Of a DNA stretch of 64,000 nucleotides, positions 52,528-64,000 are shown one piece after another. Location of the stretch: positions 372,001-436,000 of the forward strand of contig JAQGDQ010000044.1 in assembly GCA_030141605.1 (NCBI GenBank), written 5' to 3'. The notes under the pieces are model-generated. The model saw only the letters and a program-made list of their open reading frames with translations. It was not told the origin of the DNA and did not search any database. A program made the translations under genes and the position numbers. Source of the DNA: Tubiluchus corallicola. Its lineage: Eukaryota; Animalia; Priapulida. Position 1 is the first letter of the stretch. Every line of letters starts with the position of its first letter.

Positions 52528-55500
52528 CATAGTTGTACATAACTGTATGCAAACTTGATTTACCGCTAATTATACAATGAAGAAATGTCGTTAAGTGAGT
52601 CTTGGTACAGTGTTTGTTGTAAAAACCACTCAAAACACAATCTAATAGTGAGAACTTCATGTGTAGCCTTCAAAAATACTTCGTAGGTAAAACTCTTATG
52701 ACAATTTATGAAAGGCATTTAAGCATTAAGGTAATTAGCAAAAAAGGAATAGATCAGACAGAAAAAATGAAAGACAATATTTCAGTCTACCAAGTGCTAT
52801 GATCCTATGAACCATCTTCAGGCGAAGGCAAAAACCAAAAAAGCATAAAAACTCCAAATAACAACGCCTTTGCATTAGTAAAATTAGTAATTAGAAATTA
52901 GTAATAATAAAATCACTAATTAAATGTATAATCTGCAGCACAAAAAATAAGAATTATTAATGTGTTATTACACTAAGCTATTAACACAAACACTGGTTAA
53001 AATTTCGTTTCAGCTCAACCATAACAGAAAAATACAAAGTTTCTGGAAAAACTACTCAAGCATCTCAGGTAATGCACATCAGAGAAATGGAGGAAACAAC
53101 AAACAAGATACACACCTGTTTCATTCATGATCGGTAATCGATCAACGTAAAGCGCGGTGTTACCGACACTCTTATTCGTGCTGTCGATACTCTGCATCAG
53201 CTCATGGACGATCTCATCTAGATCGCCGGTGAAGTTCCTGGCGACGGATACGGTCACGTTTAGCAGAAGGCTGTCGTCAATCGAAGTATTGAGCTTCTTG
53301 GGATCGACAATGTCAATGACGTTAGCGCCAATGTAGTAGGGAGACAAACCAGTTAGGTTAAATGCGTTGTCCAACTAAAATCATAAACAACCATGAGCAT
53401 TTCCAAGCTAAAACTAACTACAAAAGACAAGGAATTCTTAAACACGAAGGACATTAGAAAATCAATTTTACACGTTTGAGATGGAACAATTCCAAAACAG
53501 CAGTTAAACTAGTACTTTTAACCAAAAACTATATTGTGCTTTTCTACAAGAATGCAAATATTTTTACACTATAATCTACCCCCTTCAATAGACTATCGTG
53601 GTTGAGGCAATAATTCATTAGTTTGATGAAATAGAAAACAAATAGGTACATTCTAACGAATGTTAACTGCTTAGGAACTGCTGGATATTAAGAAACAACA
53701 AATTCCGTGACTACAATGCTGCAACATCATCAGGCCAGTATTGTTTGCAATTACAATGCTTGCACTCGACAGAAATTCAAATGCGTTAGATGTCAATGCT
53801 TAACATGAAAACAAGATTGGCCAAGTAAGCATTGTGGTAAGTGTTTACCCCTATCTCTGCTAGCTGCGTAATATTGAGATAAGCACTGGATGTCTTGTTC
53901 TGATAAATAGGATTGTAATTGAGAGGTACAGATTCTCTTCTGGTGATACGAAGCGGTACGATCCAGATGAGGGATGCTGAAAAAAAGCAGAATTTTTTAG
54001 AACTAATCTCACACTTCAATATTGCTTGATGCTTTGTTGATCCAACTAGTAAAAACTATAGAAAATTTCAAGAGAATCCAGCTTCTTATCAACAAATGCC
54101 ACCACTATGTCACCATTATGCACAATATTAAATAACTGGCAAATTAATATGCAGATGTCGTCACCAACTAAAACTACCAGTGAACTAACATAAGTTACTG
54201 TATATCCATTTTATCAAGCACCACAATTTCACCATTTTCCACTCATCGTAATGTTAAATTAATTTGCACCATGTAGCATTTTACACAGTCTGTTAAAACA
54301 TTAAATCATCTGGTTACAAAAAAGACAATTTAAAGGCTAAAGAATTAGATATAAAATTTATTAACTATTCTGAAAATGATAATAATTTCAGAAATAGTTT
54401 TCACATCCTGCACAAGATGGCAGTTTACTCACTCAAGCATGGTTCTGCAGCATCCTTCCTTGAGTAACCGGGGCGGCAGATGCAAGCGCGTCCAATACCA
54501 TGCACAACACCGCAGATTTCGTTCTTACGTTTCTCACACTGCAGGTCGCTGGTGCACGGTCGGCCAATCACTTTGTCCGGTTTCAATTCTACCTTCTCAC
54601 AACGACGACCTGTCCATCCGGCAGCACATCTGAACAACAAACACAATAAGTCATAACTGTATATTAACAGAACAGAAATTTCAGAATGTCCAACCTGAAG
54701 TTCAGTTACGTGAGACAACTCTGGTTCACGTCTGGATCTATAAATGGTTTGCTTTAGATAGATAGACAGTTAATAGATGGGAAAAATAGTAAGAACTACC
54801 TGAGTAAAAATAAAATACACATATAGCATTCATGGTACTTACAAGACATTACAGCCTATTATTACAGTATTTGATTACAGAACATTTTTACGTAACAGAG
54901 GGATTATCAAAAACTTAATAATCTTATTAACTGATCAGCTTATTACGATATTTGATATTTTCATATTTATTTTTATTTTAGTCATAAACAAATAATGACA
55001 CAATAAATTGGCCTGGAAGACCTGCACAAGGAGAAAAGACCACCGCATATTGTACAGGCCATGCAAAGTAAAGTGTCCATTACAGAGTTACATAGTAAAT
55101 ACAGATAACAATTAACCATGACATTATCTCATATGAGTTATCACACAAACAAAAATGTGTCAAGCCAACAGTTGTGCCTATTACAAAAACAACCAAAAAG
55201 ATTATAACCACATTTATAATGTTTTAAGAGTATAGTCTTGCACATAACAACTAATAATATTACAGGAGAAAGAAAATGTGTTTATAAGTACACTAAACTA
55301 AATGACTTTTTAAGTTTCCCTGCACCCCATTAAGACATTTTGTTCAAAACATGTGCATTAGAAATTAAAATGTTAAACTTACGTGCAAACTGGTTGTTTA
55401 GATATGTCAAACGAACAGGTTCCACGATCATTGCAGAAGTTAGTTGGACAACCTGAATAAACGAATGAAGAAGATAATGTAATGTTTGCAAAAATAGCAG

Positions 55501-58500
55501 CTTATGGTATTGCCTTTCATATTTTGTTTTGCCCATTACAACTTGTAATAACTGATTCAGTTTATATGTATCATTAAAATTAAAATGTTATAATATTGCC
55601 AGGCTAAAGGTATCTTACTAAACTAAACAAACTCTGTACTTCGTTAATCCTTATAATATTAGAATTTATAATCTGTCAACAAGTGATCTTGTTTACCTGC
55701 TTCTTCATGGCAATCAACATCTACATATAACTGTTAATATTTAGCTTTTTAAACTTGTACAAAAATTTATATTTCTTACTAAGTGCTTCTAACCATTGTA
55801 TTAGTATACATTGTTTATATAGTAATATTACTGTTATTCTCAACATTATGCTAAACTGCTAGTAGTCATACTGTAATGTTTCTACTGTTCGTTTATTGTC
55901 TGCGCTCTTCCAAGTATTACATGGCAAGGACATTTGTGAGTTATAAAACTGTCTTGTTCAAGTCATATTGTCATCTCTGTCATTATTGCAATAAAACCAC
56001 ATTTAAATTAAACTGTTATAAAAATATCATTCTATTATAAAAGAATGGGTACTACACTACAGGTATGTTTCATAATCTTTTTATTTCAAATCTCAAAAGA
56101 CAATCAAATTTTTTGATAGTTCTGCACAGTTAGGTGCTACTTTGCCACAAATGTATTAAAAATGGAGCTGTATTATTTCTGATAAAAACCACAATTCAGC
56201 TGCGTACAAATATTTAATTTAACTTTTTAAGACTGGTACACAGATACACTTGTACATTTACTCACGTGAGCAATCTCGACCAAGCGGATACAATGGATTG
56301 ACAAATGCATGATCAAAGTAATCTTCCTTGCACGCGCAATTATATGAACCGCGGGTGTTTGTGCAGTAAGCATTGAAATGGCAGTCGTTATCCCGTGGAT
56401 CCCTGCACTCATTATAATCTGAAAAAGTGCAGGAAAAATGCTCAAAAAACCTGTCAAAATCAGAAGTATGTAAAATTTAAATTTCATACGAGAAATAATT
56501 CTTTTTCTCTTCTTGACAGTAAACATTCTAGTGAAAATATATAATTGTGGAATTTATACCTGATGATATGGCAAAGTCAAGTGTGTCCACATACAAATCT
56601 GTAATGCCAACACGATTGTTGTTTGCGCGGATTGCAGCATCCAGCCGTTCACCCACTTCGACCACGCCGTCGCCCGGGTAACTACGATCCAGTCCAACTG
56701 TCACGTTAAATACAATGCCATCTGCACCAAAATCTATACGATTTGGATCCAGAATGTTTGTGATCTCGGAGCCAATGTAGTAAGGTGCTAGGCCGGTTGC
56801 ATTGAATGCTTGGTCAATCTAACAAGCAGAAAAAATTATGTCGTTTTCCTTTAAAAAAACTTTACAAACAATATGTCCTAATAAGTTTGGTAATTAGACT
56901 ATGATGACAACTATTTAATTGCATCCTTCTGCAGCTGGTAACTGTAGTAACAATTTTTTTGTTTGACTCCTACTACAATTGGTTAACTGTAGAAACACAT
57001 CTACTTCATTTGCATCCTACTACAGTTGGTAACTATGTAGATTATACTGTGTTGTAGTTGGTAACTATAGAAATAGCTATTCAATTATACTAAAATAGCA
57101 CAAAAACCGTTTAGTGCTTGTTACATTACTAATTATCAATTACAACGCATTCAATACGCACTCCGAGTTTGCCAATCGTCGTCATGACAACATAGCCCGG
57201 TGAATTGTGATTCCTGTAGGTGGAGCTGAAGTGGATGGGCACTAAGTCACGGCGCACGACTCTTAGTAACAAAACGTACAGCAAAGCAGCTGTAAAACAA
57301 TAAGAAATGTTGTATTTATAAATGTTGTATTTATAATAATAAATGTTGTATTTATTTATTTACAGAAGTTGATACAAACTAGACCATACGTAATGTGAAT
57401 ACAACACTATCGGCATAAAATACTTTAGCAAGGCTAATTGTATTAACAATAAGTACAGGTGAAGCATCTATGCATTACATTATATGACTGCAGATACTTT
57501 TAAGCTCACTTTCAGTGGTCGTAGTGAAATCAGAACCTATTTCATGCATCAGTGTAATTCTCTAAGATGAGACAGTGAACTAGCAGAGGCACTTTTGCCA
57601 TGTTTGGGAGCTTATACATCACTCACAACAAGGTAAACATGGCAAGTTTTTTCTCAACATGGTAAATGCCATGCCCAAGTAGGCAGATAAAACTACTGAA
57701 AAGCACTATCCCAGGCAGTCACCCATCCATTTATTGGCCAAACTTAGCATTGCTTATTAAAGCAAAACCGGACCCAATCTTAAACTGTACATCAAAATAA
57801 TCTACTCTTTAAAATATTGAAAGAAAACATACTATTTTTTCAAAAATGACCGACATGAAAGAATTATTAAATCACAAACACATTTTCGCACTTGCACACC
57901 ACTAGTTCTTCGCTTACATGCATTTCGCCAATCATTAGTAAGATGGGCACTAGCACCTGCATTTTGGAAATGCATTGCACAAAAAACAGGTGCCGTACAT
58001 CTCAGTTCAGATGTGTTAGTTTGTGACGTTCGACAACTCATACATGGGCACAGCTGTAAATTTCATATTTGAACCTTTATATTTAAATTTGTCTAATTTT
58101 AGTACAACACACTGAATATCTTACAGTAGAACTGTTCTTCAACTTTCGCTTCTGCTAACACGTGCAACATACTCATGGAATATTTTTGCTGTAGAAAATT
58201 ATGTTAGTTTGTGATGTCACCTGTAGTTGGGCTCGCCTGCCGTTTGATCTATAATTTAATTATCAGAAATGCTTTTGCAGTATTAATTGTGTTAAAATGT
58301 ATGCTTTTTGTTGGATTTGAAAATGGGGTAGTATATGAAAAATCATTCTGTCTTCTTTTAACTTCTACCATTAATGGCATATCGTTATCACTCACTCATC
58401 ACTCATCGTTTATAAGATGTAGAAAGGTTATCATACATTCACGTAAAAAATTTTGAAAATGAATTCACATTTGAATGCTGATTAAACGAGCTCTCTCAAA

Positions 58501-61500
58501 AATCCGGAACTTACGTTGACATGGAGCTCCTGCATGCATCCTAAAGTACCCAGCCCTGCAGACGCACTGCGAAGCGCCATCTACGCTGCGACAAGTCTCA
58601 AAATTGTCCTCGTTGCAGTTGACGTCTCTCGAGCACAGAACGATGGTGGGCCTGAGCGTTGGTACGGTACACCTCTGTCCTCTCCATCCTGTCAGACATT
58701 CGCACTCCCGGATGCCATCCACAAACTGGCAAATCCCGTTGTTGTTGCAGAAACCGGGAGTACAATCTATACAAGCAGGAAGCCACATTACTAGCATGTA
58801 ATAAAATATAAAAGAAACTGCACATGATATTTTAGCACTAATGCACCAAAAAATTCCTTATAGAGCGATTTTATGTCAGAGAAACCATACAAAAAAGTCC
58901 AGTGACTCGCAGTGCAAATATAAATCCAATACAAGCGGCATTTATACAATATATTTAAATGACATTTTCTTTGTCACAAATTCAAAGCTTTTCGTTGTAC
59001 GCTATAGTAAATACAATGATCTTAACAAGCCTAATATAATAATTTCAATTATACTGAAAAAAAGAAATTTCGCAGGTAATTTGTCAGTAGATAAGATGTC
59101 AGTGTAAAATTAAATAACAGAGCATAAATCATAGGTGGCTTAATTCTGCAGTAGCATGCTTGATTTTCACCCGAGAGGGCGTGGATTCAACTCCCAACAG
59201 CAGCTTTCCAAAGACTTAGAGAGGCACTGCTATTTTGTTGGCGAATAATACTGGTTTACCAAAGTAACAAATGGGTAACAACAAACTAGCACCTTGAAAT
59301 AAGTATTAAATACTTTAGCTGTTAAACTTGGACTATATTCTAAACAAACTTAATATCATATTATAAAGTTACACATACATAAGATATCATTAAAAGTAAC
59401 TAACTTAACAAGACAAAATTCTCAAATCTACATTCTATTCAGGAACTTTGCAAGTCAACAATGCATGACAAGTGAACGTCTAAGAAATAGATATGTTGAT
59501 TTTGTCTCTGTCTTACCATCTTGACTAATGTCACATCGCAATCCGTCCCATGATCCTCTGCACCGACATGTCTGCTGAAGCTGTGTGTCGAGCACACACT
59601 CGCCGTTGTTGTTGCAGTAGCTGTCCGGACAATCTGAACAAAATCGATGCGAGGTCAATATGCGCAATAACAATAGATTATGACTTAACATATTAACTGA
59701 CTTAGCATGCCAGCATCAGCTTTGCTAAACTCGCACTATGATGATAATGACAATGACAATGACAATAACGACGATTAAAAAGATGATGATAATATTGACG
59801 ACGATAAAGGTTGGTGAAATTGCACATAAAATCAGCTGATGAGAATGGAGTTAATTGTTGTTAGGTAAAATTCTAAGTTTAATCACAAACAAAAGCATAA
59901 ACAATTTTGCCAATATAACACATTTCATTTGGTACGTTTTAGTCAGTTTACCAGCCAATTTCAGCATAAACGGGACATATCTAATATCCAACAAAGCAAG
60001 ACATAACTAATAAACAACAATAATGTAAATAAACTGATAAATACGTTACTGATAAGTTTGTTTACATTTTTGCTTACATTGTTTACAGTCCAATTTTTTG
60101 TTGTTGTTTGATTGAAGATGGCTGACAAATCTGCTAAAACAGTCTTGAACGTATGTTCATAACATCATTAGTGCTTACGTTTAAGACATTAAAGGTTAAA
60201 GTGACCCATCAGAGATACTTACGCACGCATCGCCGGCCAGGTCGGTTTGGACTAGACAGGTCAATATAGTCAGGTAAGCAAGAACATTCGTAAGAACCCT
60301 GGGTGTTCCTGCAAGTCGCATGCTCACTACAGTCATTCCATAGCGGACTCTCACATTCATCAAAATCTGAAAAATTAGAGTTCAGTTAACACGACTTTCG
60401 AAATGCAAAAGATTGGAGTTCAAATCCGGCAGAGAACAAAACTTTTTATGCTTTCCCATTTACGCTTCCATGTAGTCATGAATTATTATTAGATACATTA
60501 TTTGAAACAACTTTACATCCAGACACAGCTAAAGGACAATGAAAGATTGTAATCTAACCGTACCTGTGTAGGTGAGAGTGAAGTTCAGCCTGTCGACGTA
60601 CAGTTCCGTTCCGCCAATGCTGTAGTTCGTGGCAACGATGGATGAATGCAAGTTGTCCACGATTTGTTCCGGGTTACCGTTGAAGGTTCTGTCAATGCCG
60701 ACAAGAACACCGAAAACGACTCCATCCTCCGGGCGGCCACCAAGCACTGTCGGGTTGGCAATGTCGGTGATGGCATTGCCAATGTAGACTGAGGACAACC
60801 CGCTGGCATCGTACGCGCTGTTAATCTAATCACAGAAAATCGTGAAATTAGAAGGGTAAATGTAATAAGTGTAATAAGGCAGAGATAAAAAGGCAAGATG
60901 ATGAAGGTTAAATTTATTTAAATAACATTTTAAGGGCGCTGTATTTGAAAATTAATATCTCCCCATGCTGCCTTATTATAATTCTTTTAATTACTGAAGT
61001 TATTAAGTTAACTGATTAAATTCAATTTATTAAATAATCAATTATTTTTGCAACTCATCTCACCTCTTAAGAGAAGTAATGATTAACAAAATGGCAAATT
61101 TCTTGGAAAGAAGCCAAAAATTTGAGCCAATTTGGATTTGAACCAGAAACCTTAAGATTGGAACTCACACACTAACTACTGAGGAATGGGTTAATGGACA
61201 TCCCGTTCTTTTTGCTTAACACCGCCTTTTTTGAGAAATAGATAGAACTAGCTACTAATTAGTACATAACTCATTGTTTCTCACATTGCTGGGTTTACTA
61301 ATTTCTGTTTCTGGTTTATTGATTTTTGCTTCTGCTTTATTGATTTTCGGTCAGGGTTTATTGATTTTTGCTTTTCTTAGAAGTGATGCATTTTGCACCT
61401 AATTAAAATATTTTTTCTTGTCATTGATGAATAACAGCCGAAAAGAGAACATTAGTGCTTACCTTTTCCTGGTATCTAACAAGAACAGGGACAGAAACTA

Positions 61501-63919
61501 CTCAACTATACATAGTGTTTGGTAATTAGTAAAAAAACAACGCAAAGTATGAATTAGTGAACTACATATCAATTTTGTGAGAATACTTACTCCGGTCATT
61601 CCTAGAGTAGCCAACTCGATGTACTGTGGTGACTGCTTGTTTCTGTACACTTGGGTGTAGCGCAACGGAGTCACATTGCGTCGGACCACGCGCAACAGTA
61701 TTAGGTAGAGGTACGATGCTGTAACACAATAATGCAACATCTTAACGACAGTCGATTACATTGACACAGATAAGATTGATTTAGCTTCAGGTTTTTGTTT
61801 ATTGAGATGTATTTGGTACTTTTTCCATTGTGGGTTAAGAGGCTTAATCTACATTGCTGTTAATAAATAAGGTTCATTTAGCTCGTCAATCTCATTTAGT
61901 AATTATGTCGCTAAAAATTAAACACTTTTTCAAATAAGTTTGCATTAATTTAAGTCCTGATATTAAATAGCTATGCGTAAGATAGCTCTATGCACTCATA
62001 CGCATGCAGACACTCAGATACGTAAACGGAGACAAGCTGAATTTCAGCTACCGATGTATTAATAAACCTGTCATAAAGACGACATTTCCATGATAATATT
62101 ATTAATCACACATTATTATATTACACCTTATACATCATTATTAATATTACCAATTTATATCACATAAAACATACAATTTACAAGGCCAACAGGATGTTAG
62201 TAAAGTAACATATCTACAGAAATTTAACTTTGTAATATCCACTCATTTCAGTACTTTTGTAATTATATTACAATATACAGTGTTGCAAGAATCTATAGCA
62301 GGTATCTTAAAACATAACCTTTAAATGAGTTCTTTACCTTTAACCTTATATATTCATTTAGATCTACAGCACAACCATATTTTAATCTTAAATTTACTTG
62401 ACCTACTATTTTCGTAGTAGCATAGCTTTGGAATTCCAGACGTGCTAGACTGCAATTTTTCTCAAAAAATTAAATTTACTGCTATAATATTATTATAAAT
62501 ACTAAAATATGTTAATACATACTAAAAAAATCTGTTTAGATTCAATAATTTAAGGCATATAACTAATTCATCGGTATAACTTCAACTTACGTCTGCACGG
62601 TTGTCTGTTGCCACGTCTGAAGTACCCTGGCTGACACAGGCAGATAGAACTTCCACCGATGCCCGTCGCGCGGCACATCTCGTTGTTGGTAAGGTCACAG
62701 TCAGCATCCGAGTCACAGAACTGAGGCAGTTCTGGTTTGTCGGGCTTCGTGAATTCGCTGTCGCAACGATCGCCCATCCAACCATCAGAACATCTGTAAG
62801 AAAACCACAGACTCGTAAAAAGCAAGAAAACTTCACAAAAAGAAACAGGGTCTCAATGTGTCTTCAAAACAACCATCTGTTGACCATTTGATGGCCTTTG
62901 GAGAACTTTGGAACTGTGACGTGTTCACGTAAAGGGTGTTAGAAATGGTAGACCCGTCACACCTAAACTTATCACCATTGAATATAAACAGGTTTCTTAA
63001 TATTTTAATAATTACATTAATCTTATTAAGTATGTTTTTCTAATTTTTCTCTTCAGGAATTAAAAACTAACAAAGTTCTAGAAGAAATATGTCAAGGCAC
63101 CAGTCTCTTTGAAAAACCCCTGCAATTCTAACCTCATCAAGGCTGTAAATGGTGGTAATCAGATATCAAATACAACCTATTTTTTCAAACTCAAAGGTTC
63201 TGTCTTGAAATTCTGTCAGTTTTTATTTATTCCTTCGGTTTCTTCTGTAAAGGGAAAATTCCTTTATTTCTTGATGCTCTGTATACAAAAGCTGGAAGAG
63301 TTGGTAAAGGGTATTTCAGCATCTAAAGTTTTGCAACCAGTATTTCAGTGAAATAACTTTGCTACATATAGTACAACGTTTATGCTACTTTCATTACAGC
63401 AGTAAATCTGTGTGATGTTAATGCTTAGTATATAATACTTGTAAGCTGTAACTAGTCTACAATCATTACCTGCATGCTGGTGCACCATTAGCATTGATGT
63501 AGCATTCGCCATTGTCATTGCAGTATTCAGCAGGACAATCTAAAAAAAAATATATTCATCATCACTTCATAAAACGCTTAATCATAATGGCAAGTCTCGA
63601 ATCAGATCTAGATTAAATGAGATTAAGTACTTGTAAATTACTAAAGAAGAATTGCTGAGGAAATCTGAGTGTGGCAACAAAGAGATTCACTATTTCAGGT
63701 GAACCTCAAGTAAATTTGTCCTAATGGAATGAGACTTGAATTTACGAAACAATCAGAAAAGTAGGCAATTAATCTTACAAGCACAGAGTCGACCAGGTGT
63801 ATCATCATCCAAATCAATGAAACCATCATTACAAGTACAGGTGTATGTTCCAGGTAGATTAACACACACGGCGTTCTCATTACAGTCATTCATTGCATCG
63901 TCCAGGCATTCGTTAGTAT
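43730..63919 (-). CDS. Gene C (5'-incomplete): multi-module EGF/SEA type-I transmembrane protein, paralogue of gene B (MUA-3/MUP-4-like module organisation)
   Basis: Phase-consistent exons: 63919-63779, 63539-63470, 62793-62591, 61718-61591, 60825-60564, 60366-60223, 59633-59517, 58766-58515, 57289-57162, 56818-56560, 56418-56266, 55452-55383, 54629-54433, 53976-53849, 53374-53116, 52481-52332, 52080-52011, 51284-51153, 50818-50779, 50221-50135, 49338-49153, 48551-48448, 47993-47461, 46759-46596, 44334-44233, 43894-43730 (TAA). Confidence 0.9.
44233..44334 (-). CDS. Gene C penultimate coding exon
   Basis: [34 protein letters not shown]; phase 0-0. Confidence 0.8.
45406..45585. repeat. Inverted duplication, arm 2 (gene C intron)
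   Basis: Near-identical reverse complement of 42784-42965, differing only by small indels. Confidence 0.9.
46596..46759 (-). CDS. Gene C cytoplasmic exon
   Basis: [31 protein letters not shown]…SQSE; atttttag / gtaaga. Confidence 0.8.
47461..47993 (-). CDS. Gene C large low-complexity cytoplasmic exon
   Basis: In frame with ORF 47432-47905; T/E-, G/M- and Q-rich blocks; ttcacag / gtaaac. Confidence 0.85.
48448..50818 (-). CDS. Gene C cytoplasmic exons 50818-50779, 50221-50135, 49338-49153, 48551-48448
   Basis: GC-richer open blocks with canonical splice sites and consistent phases ([13 protein letters not shown] / [21 protein letters not shown] / [15 protein letters not shown]… / [18 protein letters not shown]…). 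Confidence 0.78.
49665..49804. repeat. 58-bp perfect tandem repeat, ~2.4 copies
   Basis: gtccaagctactgactaatacaaagtaagaactgtgtactttgtacaaagtaaagtat repeated; contains the palindrome tactttgtacaaagta. Confidence 0.9.
51153..51284 (-). CDS. Gene C EGF C-half plus transmembrane exon
   Basis: [44 protein letters not shown]; the next exon 50818-50779 starts RKKRR. Confidence 0.88.
52011..52080 (-). CDS. Gene C juxtamembrane EGF N-half exon (70 nt)
   Basis: [22 protein letters not shown]. Confidence 0.85.
52332..52481 (-). CDS. Gene C cbEGF exon
   Basis: [36 protein letters not shown]…TGRLCV. Confidence 0.9.
53116..53374 (-). CDS. Gene C SEA-like domain 3, second exon
   Basis: [42 protein letters not shown]…[11 protein letters not shown]. 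Confidence 0.86.
53849..53976 (-). CDS. Gene C SEA-like domain 3, first exon (128 nt)
   Basis: [42 protein letters not shown]. Confidence 0.85.
54433..54629 (-). CDS. Gene C EGF C-half plus EGF-like exon
   Basis: [10 protein letters not shown]…[40 protein letters not shown]. Confidence 0.87.
55383..55452 (-). CDS. Gene C EGF N-half exon (70 nt)
   Basis: [22 protein letters not shown]. Confidence 0.83.
56266..56418 (-). CDS. Gene C cbEGF exon
   Basis: [36 protein letters not shown]…GRDCS. Confidence 0.87.
56560..56818 (-). CDS. Gene C SEA-like domain 2, second exon
   Basis: [46 protein letters not shown]…[13 protein letters not shown]. Confidence 0.85.
57162..57289 (-). CDS. Gene C SEA-like domain 2, first exon (128 nt)
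   Basis: [42 protein letters not shown]. Confidence 0.83.
57685..57765 (-). mobile_element. Degenerate 5S-rRNA-like SINE segment
   Basis: Minus strand taagcaatgctaagtttggccaataaatggatgggtgactgcctgggat resembles the 5S internal control region (A/C boxes); weaker relatives at ~26020-26075 (+) and ~46225-46290 (-). Confidence 0.45.
58515..58766 (-). CDS. Gene C EGF plus EGF-like exon
   Basis: [33 protein letters not shown]…[39 protein letters not shown]. Confidence 0.88.
59130..59310 (+). mobile_element. Degenerate tRNA-derived SINE
   Basis: B-box-like ggattcaactccc, ccaaagactt core and caccttgaaataagtat 3' segment shared with 40028-40302. Confidence 0.5.
59517..59633 (-). CDS. Gene C complete EGF exon
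   Basis: [38 protein letters not shown]. Confidence 0.87.
60223..60366 (-). CDS. Gene C cbEGF exon
   Basis: [48 protein letters not shown]. Confidence 0.88.
60564..60825 (-). CDS. Gene C SEA-like domain 1, second exon
   Basis: [40 protein letters not shown]…[13 protein letters not shown]. Confidence 0.85.
61591..61718 (-). CDS. Gene C SEA-like domain 1, first exon (128 nt)
   Basis: [42 protein letters not shown]. Confidence 0.85.
62591..62793 (-). CDS. Gene C EGF C-half plus EGF-like (EB-type) domain
   Basis: [10 protein letters not shown]…[41 protein letters not shown]. Confidence 0.88.
63470..63539 (-). CDS. Gene C EGF N-half exon (70 nt)
   Basis: [22 protein letters not shown]; phase 1-2. 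Confidence 0.85.
63779..63919 (-). CDS. Gene C cbEGF exon
   Basis: [47 protein letters not shown]. Confidence 0.9.
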
Positions 63920-64000
63920 CTAATAAAGAAGAGGACATTATTGGAACAGTTACTATTTATTAGATAGCCTATGCCATGTAGGCATTTAACTAGCACACCA

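Noticed and set aside
57685-57765. 5S rRNA gene
   Set aside because: Only a diverged partial internal-promoter-like segment.

Overview
AT-rich, intron-containing animal (invertebrate-like; taxon not determinable) genomic DNA, not prokaryotic. Reading splice sites by hand gives three protein-coding genes. Gene A (+, CDS 3518-3591 + 7440-9297) encodes J-domain / basic coiled coil / TPR / UBA-like / RRM / poly-Q / CCCH finger, a TTC31-like protein with an N-terminal DnaJ domain. Gene B (-, 37516 to ~11700) is a type-I membrane mucin-like protein: signal peptide on a remote 37-nt exon, 2.1-kb Ser/Thr-rich exon, EGF-like, SEA with GS cleavage motif, cbEGF, EGF, TM, cytoplasmic tail. Gene C (-, starts beyond 64000, stop at 43730) is its tandem paralogue: repeated [EGF / EGF-like / SEA / cbEGF] modules whose SEA domains lack the GS motif, then TM and a ~460-aa low-complexity tail. 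The rest is microsatellites, MITEs (Tc1/mariner-, hAT-, PIF-like), LINE remnants and tRNA-/5S-derived SINE-like fragments. Most unusual: a ~180-bp near-identical inverted copy of gene C's 3'UTR in its own intron, tandem duplications of a gene B splice acceptor, and loss of the SEA cleavage site in all gene C repeats. Exon coordinates are hand-derived and need RNA-seq confirmation.
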